From a virus (lineage: Duplodnaviria; Caudoviricetes), in the IMG/VR virus record IMGVR_UViG_3300024518_001892, positions 1 through 37,258 of that record: DNA of 37,258 bases, one strand, 5' to 3'. The notes under the pieces are model-generated. The model made no database searches, was not told the DNA's origin, and saw only the letters and a program-made list of their open reading frames with translations. This document shows positions 9,010-17,535 of this stretch, piece by piece. Position 1 is the first letter of the stretch, and each line of letters starts with the position of its first letter. The translations under genes were made by a program, and so were the position numbers.

Positions 9010-11115
9010 ATGGCCGTGAATGACGACATCGCTGACAAGCTAACGGGTCGGGACGTGGTCCTTCAGCGCTTCTTCAAGGGTGCGGCCCGGCGCGTGCTGG
9101 ATACGCTCAAGGCATCCGAGGCGCGCATTGTCGAGCGGCTGCTGGACGCCAGCGAAGGCATGAGCCGAACGCGGCAAGAAAAACTGCTGAAAGACATTCG
9201 CGCGATCATCGCCACCGGACACAAGGACGCGCTGGGCGTGCTGACAGTGGACATCGCAGGGCTTGCAGAGATTGAAAGCGAATTCGTTGCGGGCACGATC
9301 GCCGATGAAATCCCTGTTGCGTTCCAGACGGTCACACCTGCACCGGCACAGGTGATCGCGGCGACGAACGCCCGACCGTTTCAAGGCAAGCTGCTTGCGG
9401 ATGTTTACCGCGAATTACCCGAAGCGTCTTTTCGCAAGATACGCGACACGATCCGGCTGGGCTTTCTTGAAGGCCAGACCACGCCCGAAATCATCCGCGC
9501 GCTTCGCGGCACTGCTGTCCAAGGCTACAAGAACGGCGTTTTCAACCGCGCGCGCCGGGACATGGAGGCTGTCACGCGAACGGCCCTTGCTCACACCGCC
9601 AACACGGCGCGAAACGAGGTCTACAAGGCCAATGAAGGCGTCATCAAGGGCGTGCAGTGGACAAGCACGCTGGACGGCAAGACAAGCGCGATCTGCCAAG
9701 CGCGTGACGGGGAAATCTACCCGCCCGATGAGGGGCCGCGACCGCCCGCCCATTTCAACTGCCGATCGGCGACCGTGCCGATCACAAAGTCATGGAAAGA
9801 ACTGGGCTATGACATTGGCGAAGTTGATGAGGGCACGCGCGCAAGCATGAACGGGCAAGTGCCAGCCGATCAGAATTATGACGCATGGCTTCGCAAGCAG
9901 CCCGCAGCTTTTCAGGATGAGGTTCTGGGCAAGGGCAAGGCCGATCTTTTCAGGGACGGAATGAACGTCAAGAAATTCGTTGATAAGTCGGGCCGCGAAT
10001 TGTCGCTTGATGAACTGCGCAAGATGGCACCGGTTAAAGCCACGCCCACGCCCACGCCCAAACCCAAACCCAAACCCAAACCCAAACCTGAAGACGTTTG
10101 GGCGGGCAAAGGGTCAGTTGAGGCGGAGTTCGTGAAACCCGCATTCGAAAACGCAAGGCCGGAAAGGCTGCGCTATATTCAGCGGGCCGCGAATTTGAAA
10201 GAAGTCAGAAGCGGTAAGGGTTCGCACTTTCAGTCATCAACGAACACGATACAGATGTCGTCAAAGCACAGCGGTGAAGATTACAAAGCCGTCATGCGCC
10301 ACGAATATGCGCACTTTATTGACAACGACATGAACGTGAAGGCTCTTGAGGCCAGAGGGCTTGGGGACAAGTTGGGCTTGCGATATGTTCTTGGCCCTTC
10401 TAGGCTGGCAAAAAAGGAACTTGGCGAAGATGCCAAAATTCTGTTTGCTACAGTTTCAAAGCCGTTCCATAACGTCTGGTCAAATAAAAAAGTTCCCGTA
10501 AACCGCGCGTTTTCTGATAAGGTGGAGAAAGACCGCTTTGAAATCCGATCAAGATACAGAAAAGCAGATAGGGTAGGCAACGGTGTTTCAGAGGTGAATT
10601 CAGACTTTGAAAAGCGCGGGCTTGATCAACAAGAGGTCAGGGATATTTTCCCGCATATGTTCACGGGCAGCAAGACGGGGAAAGACCTGTATTCAGACGC
10701 CGCTGACTTTTTCGCAGCTTTTGACAATGGAGATCACGTTCGTTTGGTTTACGATGGGGGTGCATCCATTACGCACAAAAGCCCGCTTTCTGGACTTTCT
10801 GATAGTATTGGCGCGTCCACCAATCAGTCATTGGGTTACAGGTTTGGACACCCGGCTTCATATTACAGCCAGTCGCGCTCCCATGACCGCAGAACGGTTG
10901 ATTTTTACGGGGACGTTGGTATTGGTGGCCTGATGCCGTCGAAGGATAAGTTCCCATATGGGACAGGGAACACCGGGCAGCTTTGGGCCAACTGGTTCGA
11001 GGCATACACCAGCGGAAATGACACGCAATACACTGTCTTTAAAAAGTTTTTCCCTCAAACCTCTGCAAGGTTTGAGGGGATATTAGAAGGGTATGCCGAT
11101 GGCAAATTTGAATAA
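9010..11115 (+). CDS. MuF / SPP1 gp7-like head morphogenesis protein with C-terminal HExxH metallopeptidase-like extension
   Basis: MuF core (TRTA, W.STLDGKTSAIC, PPAHFNCRS); TP/KP linker at 10042-10089; about 340 aa extension with HEYAH at 10300-10314. Confidence 0.88.
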   Translation: MAVNDDIADKLTGRDVVLQRFFKGAARRVLDTLKASEARIVERLLDASEGMSRTRQEKLLKDIRAIIATGHKDALGVLTVDIAGLAEIESEFVAGTIADEIPVAFQTVTPAPAQVIAATNARPFQGKLLADVYRELPEASFRKIRDTIRLGFLEGQTTPEIIRALRGTAVQGYKNGVFNRARRDMEAVTRTALAHTANTARNEVYKANEGVIKGVQWTSTLDGKTSAICQARDGEIYPPDEGPRPPAHFNCRSATVPITKSWKELGYDIGEVDEGTRASMNGQVPADQNYDAWLRKQPAAFQDEVLGKGKADLFRDGMNVKKFVDKSGRELSLDELRKMAPVKATPTPTPKPKPKPKPKPEDVWAGKGSVEAEFVKPAFENARPERLRYIQRAANLKEVRSGKGSHFQSSTNTIQMSSKHSGEDYKAVMRHEYAHFIDNDMNVKALEARGLGDKLGLRYVLGPSRLAKKELGEDAKILFATVSKPFHNVWSNKKVPVNRAFSDKVEKDRFEIRSRYRKADRVGNGVSEVNSDFEKRGLDQQEVRDIFPHMFTGSKTGKDLYSDAADFFAAFDNGDHVRLVYDGGASITHKSPLSGLSDSIGASTNQSLGYRFGHPASYYSQSRSHDRRTVDFYGDVGIGGLMPSKDKFPYGTGNTGQLWANWFEAYTSGNDTQYTVFKKFFPQTSARFEGILEGYADGKFE
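10042..10089 (+). repeat. Hexanucleotide tandem repeats encoding the TPTPTPKPKPKPKPKP linker
   Basis: (ACGCCC)x3, (AAACCC)x4, then AAACCT. Confidence 0.95.
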
Positions 11116-11308
11116 GGTTCTGGAGGCTTACGTTGACGCCTTCCCCGGCGCTGAGTTTCCAGACAGCCGCGCAATGTCGCCGGACGATTACGAAAGGCTT
11201 GACGAACTTATGCAAGCCGCACTTGATCGCGGGTCGCCGATAGATTTCGAAAAAGACCTTGAGCATATCCCCCCAGAAAACGACCCCGAACGCGGGATGT
11301 ATTTCTGA
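11093..11308 (+). CDS. Small acidic protein, candidate immunity protein for the MuF C-terminal domain
   Basis: 71 aa, D/E-rich; overlaps the 3' end of the MuF gene; sits between muF and the scaffold gene. Confidence 0.65.
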   Translation: MPMANLNKVLEAYVDAFPGAEFPDSRAMSPDDYERLDELMQAALDRGSPIDFEKDLEHIPPENDPERGMYF

Positions 11309-11364
11309 GGGCACAAATCACCAACCCAAGGGCGAGACGCCCGCAACTGACAGGATGTCACACC

Positions 11365-12069
11365 ATGAAGATCGAAGTCACCGACGCCACCGCACTGCCC
11401 GAATGGATGCAAAGCCACGTCTCCGAAGGGCATCTTGACCTGACCGCCATTCCGCAGCCTGAAGATGTTTCAGGGCTGAAAAGCGCCCTTGCCAAAGAGC
11501 GGGACAGCGTTTCGCAGTATGCCAAACTTGGCAAGCCTGATGAGATCCAATCTCGCATTGCCGAACTGACCGAGAAGGCAAAAGGGACCGGCAAAGGGGC
11601 TGAAGACGCGCAAGCCAAGCTGGACGCCATGGAACAGAAGTATTCTGGCGAGATCAGCGCGCGCGATGAGCGCATCAACAAAATGATGCAGCGGAATACC
11701 CTTTCTGAACTCAAGGCAGAACTGGGTAAAGCCGGGTTTATTGCCGAGGCAATAGATGATATTGCGTTAACGGCACTAAATCGTGTACAATACGACGAGG
11801 ACGGCGCGCCACAGGTGGTCACGCCGGACGGTAAAGCCATGATTGGCAGCGGTGCCAACCACGGCGCAACCTTAGCCGACTTGGCGAAGGAACTTGCGGG
11901 AACGAAGGCTTATGCCGTTCGGGACGCGGGGAAATCAGGAGGCGGGAAGCCTACTGGATCAAGCGGCGGGACGCCAACATCTGAGACAGTGACGCGGGCG
12001 CAATGGGACAGCATGTCTCATGTTGACCGTTCCACATTTTCGAAATCAGGCGGCAAAGTCAAAGACTGA
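11365..12069 (+). CDS. Capsid scaffolding protein
   Basis: EDVSGLKSALAKER motif, coiled-coil body, Gly-rich linker and C-terminal helix; directly upstream of the capsid gene. Confidence 0.85.
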   Translation: MKIEVTDATALPEWMQSHVSEGHLDLTAIPQPEDVSGLKSALAKERDSVSQYAKLGKPDEIQSRIAELTEKAKGTGKGAEDAQAKLDAMEQKYSGEISARDERINKMMQRNTLSELKAELGKAGFIAEAIDDIALTALNRVQYDEDGAPQVVTPDGKAMIGSGANHGATLADLAKELAGTKAYAVRDAGKSGGGKPTGSSGGTPTSETVTRAQWDSMSHVDRSTFSKSGGKVKD

Positions 12070-12092
12070 CCGCGAATTAGGAGTTTAGCCAA

Positions 12093-13244
12093 ATGGCAAA
12101 CGTACTTTCAGACCTTGCGGCAGACATTTACAAAGCCGCAGACATTGTCGGCCGCGAAGTGGTCGGCTTCATCCCCGCAGTGACGATCAACGGCGGTTCG
12201 CAAGAGGCCGCACAGGGCGACACAGTTCGTTCCTTCGTAACGCGCGCGGCAACCGTCAACACATCTGCGACGCCTTCGATGACGATCCCAGAAGGCGACG
12301 ATCAGACCGTTGACAATAAAACGATGACGCTGAACACAATCGCTTCCGTCCGCATCCCGTGGACTGGCGAAGACATCAAGCACGTCAACAACGGCGCGGG
12401 CTACGAAACCATCTATGGTGACCAGATCGCCCAAGCCATGCGCGGCATCACAAACAACATCGAAGCCGCCATTGCTGCCGAGGCCTACAAAAACGCTTCT
12501 CGCGCTTTTGGCACCGCAGGTACCACGCCTTTCGGTTCCAATTTCAACGAGATCGCGGAACTGCGTCAAATCATCATGGACAACGGAATGCCGGTCAATG
12601 ACGGGCAGTTGTCCTTGGTTGTGAACTCGCTAGCAGGCACAAACCTGCGTCAGTTGGCACAGTTGCAGAAGGTCAACGAAGCTGGCGGCGGCGAAATGCT
12701 GCGTCAGGGCACGTTGCTTGATCTTCAGGGCTTCATGCTTAAGGAAAGCGCGGGCGTGCAGTCGCACACCAAAGGCACGGCGACTGGGCTGGACGCGGCA
12801 GGCGGCGAGCCTATCGGTGAAACTTCCATCGCACTTGATGGCGGCGACGGCGGCACATTGCTGCCGGGTGACGTTGTGACCTTCGCGGGTGACACCAGCA
12901 AGTATGTTGTGAACACCGGCTTTACCGCTGCATCCGGTACGGCAGTCATCGGCGGACCGGGCCTGCGTGCCACGCTTGCCGACACTGTTGAAATGACGAT
13001 TGGTGACAGCTACACCGCGAACATCGGTTTGCACCGCTCCGCAGTCGAACTGGCTATGCGTCCCCTCGCAAAGCCGCTCGGCGGTGACAGCGCTGTGGAC
13101 ATGATGACGGTTCAAGACCCTCATTCCGGTCTGGTTTTCCAGATCAGCGTTTACAAGGGTTACAACAAGGCGATGATCGACATCACCACGCTTTACCAAG
13201 CGAAAGCTTGGAAGCCTGATGCAATCGCTCTGTTGCTGGGCTGA
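12093..13244 (+). CDS. Major capsid protein (P22 coat-like, HK97 fold)
   Basis: 383 aa; TAGGAG RBS; position after the scaffold; LLPGDVVTFAG insertion domain; followed by a terminator. Confidence 0.9.
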   Translation: MANVLSDLAADIYKAADIVGREVVGFIPAVTINGGSQEAAQGDTVRSFVTRAATVNTSATPSMTIPEGDDQTVDNKTMTLNTIASVRIPWTGEDIKHVNNGAGYETIYGDQIAQAMRGITNNIEAAIAAEAYKNASRAFGTAGTTPFGSNFNEIAELRQIIMDNGMPVNDGQLSLVVNSLAGTNLRQLAQLQKVNEAGGGEMLRQGTLLDLQGFMLKESAGVQSHTKGTATGLDAAGGEPIGETSIALDGGDGGTLLPGDVVTFAGDTSKYVVNTGFTAASGTAVIGGPGLRATLADTVEMTIGDSYTANIGLHRSAVELAMRPLAKPLGGDSAVDMMTVQDPHSGLVFQISVYKGYNKAMIDITTLYQAKAWKPDAIALLLG

Positions 13245-13251
13245 TATTTTC

Positions 13252-13276
13252 AAAGGGGCGGGCAACTGCCCCTTTT
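13252..13276 (+). terminator. Intrinsic terminator after the capsid gene
   Basis: GGGGCGG-GCAA-CTGCCCC stem followed by TTTT. Confidence 0.7.
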
Positions 13277-13302
13277 CCCAATATCAGCAGCGGAGAAGGC
13301 CC

Positions 13303-13434
13303 ATGAAAATTGAGACAGCAACGATCACGGTGAACGGCAAGACAAAAATCGTCAACGCTGATGACCCGCGCGTAAACGCGAAGCCTGTACCATCTAAGGC
13401 GGCCGCGCCTTCGACAAAAAAGGCAGGCAAGTAA
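13303..13434 (+). CDS. Small basic protein (43 aa)
   Basis: GGAGAAGG RBS, ATG at 13303; MKIETATITVNGKTKIVNADDPR. Confidence 0.65.
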   Translation: MKIETATITVNGKTKIVNADDPRVNAKPVPSKAAAPSTKKAGK

Positions 13435-14304
13435 GTGGGTGGCGTTATAAGCCCATATTCTAAGGCGGGCGATGCCCTCTTGGCAGCGGAGCAAGACGCG
13501 ACGGGAACAGCCGCGCGCGTCCCATATCATCCCGACTTCTGGACTGAACATGCGCTGCGAGAGGTTTACCACAGCACGGGCGACGTGGTGGAGGTCAAGC
13601 CCAAGTCGCTCCTGAAGTTCGGTTCTTATGCCAACCTTGGAACGTCATTTGAGACGGTGCAAGCACAAGGCGGGAATGAGACCTACGCCACGACCAACGC
13701 CATCGACACTGTGTCTTCGTCCAATGCCGGTGACACTGTCTTCGTCGTCATCGAAGGCCATACCATTGATGGCAACGGTGATTTCACATTCATCGTTCAA
13801 TCTGCCACCCTCGACGGGCAGAACAAGGTTCTTCTGGCCGCGCCTCTTGCGCGGTGCAGCCAGATTCACAACGCCAACGGAACTGCATTTGTTGGCGACG
13901 TCTATGTATACGAGGACGACACGTTGACAGGCGGTGTTCCCGACACGGCATCCAAAATCCACGCCCTTGCGTTGGCGATTGATCAGCAAACGGAGAAGGC
14001 AGCGACCACGATTTCGAAAAACGATTATTGGTTCATCACGCAGGCATGGGCGTCGGTCAACAAGAAGAAGGACGCCCAAGTTGATTTCAAGTTGCAGGTA
14101 AGGCAGAAGGGCGGCGTTTTCCTCACTCATACAGACCTGACACTGAGCAACTCATCAAGCGGCGGACAGATGTTCGAATTTAGGCCATTCTTTGTCGTAC
14201 CTCAGAACGCCGATGTTCGCTTGGTGGCGGCTGCATCAACAACCGATGTATCTGTCAGCGGTGGAATCAACGGCATCTTGGCAACGGTGAAGGTGGATAA
14301 CTGA
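13435..14304 (+). CDS. Putative virion structural protein (head decoration or fibre candidate)
   Basis: 289 aa, beta-rich composition; between capsid and adaptor genes; start uncertain (GTG directly after TAA). Confidence 0.65.
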   Translation: MGGVISPYSKAGDALLAAEQDATGTAARVPYHPDFWTEHALREVYHSTGDVVEVKPKSLLKFGSYANLGTSFETVQAQGGNETYATTNAIDTVSSSNAGDTVFVVIEGHTIDGNGDFTFIVQSATLDGQNKVLLAAPLARCSQIHNANGTAFVGDVYVYEDDTLTGGVPDTASKIHALALAIDQQTEKAATTISKNDYWFITQAWASVNKKKDAQVDFKLQVRQKGGVFLTHTDLTLSNSSSGGQMFEFRPFFVVPQNADVRLVAAASTTDVSVSGGINGILATVKVDN

Positions 14305-14305
14305 T

Positions 14306-14797
14306 ATGGCTTTAGACGTAACAATCGGCGGCATTGCTTCGGACAGCTATGGGACGCTTGCGCAATATACGGCGCAGGCGGCACTGTACGGCTGGACGCT
14401 TGAAGCAACTGATGCAGCGAATGAGACCAACCTGCGACGCGCGGCGGCGGCCCTTGATCAACAGCGCACCTTCATTGGCGTCAAACAATACCAGTTTCAG
14501 GCGCGCTCTTGGCCCCGCATTGTTCAGGGTTTGGTCGATGGATGGCCTGTCGATCCCGACACAATCCCGCAAGACGTTATCGCTGCCCAGTTCGAACTGG
14601 CGTATCTGATCCAAGCGGGTCTTGATCCGTTTGCCACGATTGAAACCAGCGTCACCAGCGAAATGATCAAGGTGGGACCAATCACGATCGACGCCGAAAC
14701 GCTGCCCACGGGCAAGCCGCGCTTGATTGCGATTGAAGGGCTGTTGCGCCCATACGTCACGGCAGGGACAGGGCAAGTTGCCTTGCGGCGTGCATAA
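14306..14797 (+). CDS. Head-tail adaptor (DnaT-like family)
   Basis: DSYGTL...LRRAA...Q..SWPR...IPQDVIAAQFELA...KVGPI motifs. Confidence 0.82.
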   Translation: MALDVTIGGIASDSYGTLAQYTAQAALYGWTLEATDAANETNLRRAAAALDQQRTFIGVKQYQFQARSWPRIVQGLVDGWPVDPDTIPQDVIAAQFELAYLIQAGLDPFATIETSVTSEMIKVGPITIDAETLPTGKPRLIAIEGLLRPYVTAGTGQVALRRA

Positions 14798-15178
14798 ATG
14801 GCGACAATTCGCAGCAAGGTCACGGCGGCATTCAACAAGATCGCAGCGAAGCAGCCGGACGCCATCCAGACAGCCACAATTCAGCGCCCTACGCCCATCG
14901 CCACCGGCGGCGGGCCATCTGACCCCACGGGCGGAACACCGGGCACCACGCCCGACCCTGTGACCGCGCGCGCGGCCGTTTTTGAGATTGACGAAAAGCG
15001 GGTTGACGGGACGAACGTCTTTGCCGGTGATTTCCAAGTCATCATTGAACCGACAACGATCGAGGTGACGCTGGCCGACACGGTTGCGGTTGATCGCGGC
15101 ACGCTCACAATCCGCAGCCTTGGGCGCGTCGCTTCGGGCGGCAGCACGGCTCTCTATGACATGGTATGCTTCAAATGA
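14798..15178 (+). CDS. Head closure / head-tail joining protein
   Basis: VDGTNVFAGD motif; synteny. Confidence 0.75.
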   Translation: MATIRSKVTAAFNKIAAKQPDAIQTATIQRPTPIATGGGPSDPTGGTPGTTPDPVTARAAVFEIDEKRVDGTNVFAGDFQVIIEPTTIEVTLADTVAVDRGTLTIRSLGRVASGGSTALYDMVCFK

Positions 15179-15618
15179 GTTTCGGCAGCGATCTTGAAAA
15201 GTTCGAGGTGAAGACCGTGCTTAAGGGCCGCGAGGCCTTGCAAAAGATCAGCATGGACCTTTTCAAGTCGGTCATCTTGATGTCGCCGGTCGGCAACCCT
15301 GATTTGTGGAAGCATCCTGTGCGCGGTTATGTTGGCGGGCGTTTTAAGGGCAACTGGCAAGCGGGCATCAACAGCGCGCCGAGCGGCGTCCTTGATGCCA
15401 AAGACAAAAGCGGCGGGGCGACAACAGGGCGAATGATTGGCACCATCAACGCCAAGGCCGGTGAGGGCGATACCGTCTACTTGGTCAACAACCTGCCGTA
15501 TGCCCAGCGCCTTGAAGAAGGTTGGTCAACCCAAGCCCCCGGCGGCATGGTTGCGCTTTCAATCCAAAAGTTTGATGGCCTTGCTCGTAAAGTCGGAACG
15601 GAGTTAAACGCGAAATGA
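15175..15618 (+). CDS. HK97 gp10-like tail completion protein
   Basis: SPV...GRFKGNW...NNLPYAQRLEEGWSTQAPGGMV; ATG at 15175 overlaps the upstream TGA. Confidence 0.85.
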   Translation: MSFGSDLEKFEVKTVLKGREALQKISMDLFKSVILMSPVGNPDLWKHPVRGYVGGRFKGNWQAGINSAPSGVLDAKDKSGGATTGRMIGTINAKAGEGDTVYLVNNLPYAQRLEEGWSTQAPGGMVALSIQKFDGLARKVGTELNAK

Positions 15619-16013
15619 GTATTGAAGGCGATCTACACAGCGCACTGATGGCAAAGGTCGAGACCGTCACGGGCTATCCTGTGCTGTGGCCCCAAAAGGG
15701 CGGCGACAAGCCCGCAGGCGAGTTCCTGTCAGTCTTTCATCTGCCAAATGACAACGGGCGCGAATTCCTTGGGAGCGGCGACCCGCGGGACCGTCGCGGC
15801 TTCATCGTGCTGCACTTGGTTTCGCCTTTGGGGGAATATGAGGTTGTCAGCAAGCGCAAGGCAGGCGAAATCGCGGAAACCTTTGCTTTGGACACGCTTT
15901 TGACGTTTAACGGGACCAGCGTTTCAGTGTATAATACCACTGTCAAACAGGGGCAAGAAATCGACAACCGGTGGGAAACCCCAATCTGGATAGAATACCG
16001 GGGCCACGCATGA
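15615..16013 (+). CDS. Tail terminator protein (DUF4128-like)
   Basis: 132 aa; synteny immediately before the tail tube gene; ATGA coupling. Confidence 0.72.
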   Translation: MSIEGDLHSALMAKVETVTGYPVLWPQKGGDKPAGEFLSVFHLPNDNGREFLGSGDPRDRRGFIVLHLVSPLGEYEVVSKRKAGEIAETFALDTLLTFNGTSVSVYNTTVKQGQEIDNRWETPIWIEYRGHA

Positions 16014-16090
16014 CGGCCCCGCAACGCCATAGGCGACCGCCTATCAACGGCCTCTGAGGCCATTTCAGCAGCCATTCAAGGAGAAATGAC

Positions 16091-16528
16091 ATGGCCCTAC
16101 AGCAAGCAGCAGGCACCACGCTCGGCGTATCTGCAACCCTCCCCGCAACAGTCAATGCCGCAGGCTTCGGCGCGCTGACGTTCATTGCGGTCGGCAAGCT
16201 GGGCAACGCGCCCGATCTTGACGGCACGTATGACATCGCGTCCTTCGACAGCCTGTCAGACGGGGCAGAATTCAAACTGTCCGACATTTTCCGCGCCGGT
16301 TCTGGTACGGTTCAAGTTGCGTTTGACGAATCCGACACAGGCCAGACGGCACTTGAAACCGCAGCGGCGACAGGCGCAACTGTGGCAATCGCGGTGACGC
16401 TGAAAAGCGGGACGATTTATTACCGTCAAGCGATCATCACATCATTCATGCCAACAGAACTGAACGTGGGCAGCATTGTTCGCGCTGACGTCGGCATGGA
16501 ATTCACAGACCGAACAGTTAAGGTCTAA
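16091..16528 (+). CDS. Major tail (tube) protein
   Basis: 145 aa; AAGGAG RBS; AGTTLGVSA.LPAT...GF.AL and D.GQ motifs; synteny. Confidence 0.82.
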   Translation: MALQQAAGTTLGVSATLPATVNAAGFGALTFIAVGKLGNAPDLDGTYDIASFDSLSDGAEFKLSDIFRAGSGTVQVAFDESDTGQTALETAAATGATVAIAVTLKSGTIYYRQAIITSFMPTELNVGSIVRADVGMEFTDRTVKV

Positions 16529-16617
16529 GAAATCTCAGCTGAGATAACCGGCCCGCTGTTGTTGGTGAGCAGCGGCGGGCCACCTCACCACTTCACCAAT
16601 CACCTTGGAGACAAATC

Positions 16618-17067
16618 ATGTTTAAACTTACAGACACAAAAAAGCGCTCAGAAGTCGGCGCGTGGGTCCACATCAAAGACAACGGGCGCTTGGCTTACTT
16701 GGATGAAGCCAAGAAAAAGCCGGTACGCATCAAAGTTTTGGGGCCTCACTCTGGCACGCTTCAGAGCCGCGCGCGTAAACGCATTGCCCGCCGCCTGAAG
16801 GAAAACGGCGGTTCTATCGACATGTCGAAGATGAGCCAAATCGAGATTGAAGCCTTTTTGGAAAACAGCGAAAACGCTGCGTCCGAAAACTGGGCTGACG
16901 CCACATTGGCTTGGGAAAACATGCCCAATCCGGACGGCGAGGGCACGATTGACTTTTCGCCAGATGCGGCGGAAATGATTTATGAAGCCTACCCGATGAT
17001 TGTCGCTCAGTTGAAAGACGAAGCTGAAGAAATCAATGATTTTTTGTCAATCGCAAGCGGGAAGTGA
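16618..17067 (+). CDS. Tail assembly chaperone (gpG-like)
   Basis: Between tail tube and tape measure genes; slippery heptamer near the 3' end. Confidence 0.8.
   Translation: MFKLTDTKKRSEVGAWVHIKDNGRLAYLDEAKKKPVRIKVLGPHSGTLQSRARKRIARRLKENGGSIDMSKMSQIEIEAFLENSENAASENWADATLAWENMPNPDGEGTIDFSPDAAEMIYEAYPMIVAQLKDEAEEINDFLSIASGK
17040..17046 (+). other. Putative programmed -1 ribosomal frameshift site T TTT TTG
   Basis: XXXYYYZ heptamer in the correct phase; the -1 frame opens at 17040 right after TGA (17037-17039) and runs to 17483. Confidence 0.7.
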
Positions 17068-17483
17068 TCCTGCACGTCAGGCAAAATGCTTGGTATTCAA
17101 CGCGCGCAACGGAGAAATCCAAAATGACAAGGGCTGGCCAAATGATGAGCGATGGTCAGCGGGTTGAGTTCCCAAGACCCCGCTTGGCCCGGTTCTTGAT
17201 TGACTGCTTGGATGATGCCGGATTGGCGGGGCAGGGCATGAATGGTCCCGTCCCGCTTACTGCGTCTGAGTTGCGGAGTTGGGCGAAGGGTTGTGAAGTT
17301 GATCTTGGTTGCTTTGACTTCCAAGATATTCTTGACGGATCGCGGGCATATGTTCGTGCTTATCACGAATTTGATGCCGTCGCGGTGAACTCACCATGGC
17401 AACCGGGCATGTCTGAGGATGAAGAGAAACGTCTTTTGGTAGCGCAAGAGCGCGCTTGGGATATTGCAATGGGCGTGATATAA
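17064..17483 (+). CDS. Tail assembly chaperone C-terminal extension (gpT-like)
   Basis: -1 frame relative to the gpG-like ORF; GMNGPVPLTASELRSW motif; precedes the tape measure gene. Confidence 0.75.
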   Translation: MILHVRQNAWYSTRATEKSKMTRAGQMMSDGQRVEFPRPRLARFLIDCLDDAGLAGQGMNGPVPLTASELRSWAKGCEVDLGCFDFQDILDGSRAYVRAYHEFDAVAVNSPWQPGMSEDEEKRLLVAQERAWDIAMGVI

Positions 17484-17535
17484 AGCCCCAAAGCCTGCGC
17501 GGCAACGCGCGGGTTACTTCTGAAAAGGTTTCGCA

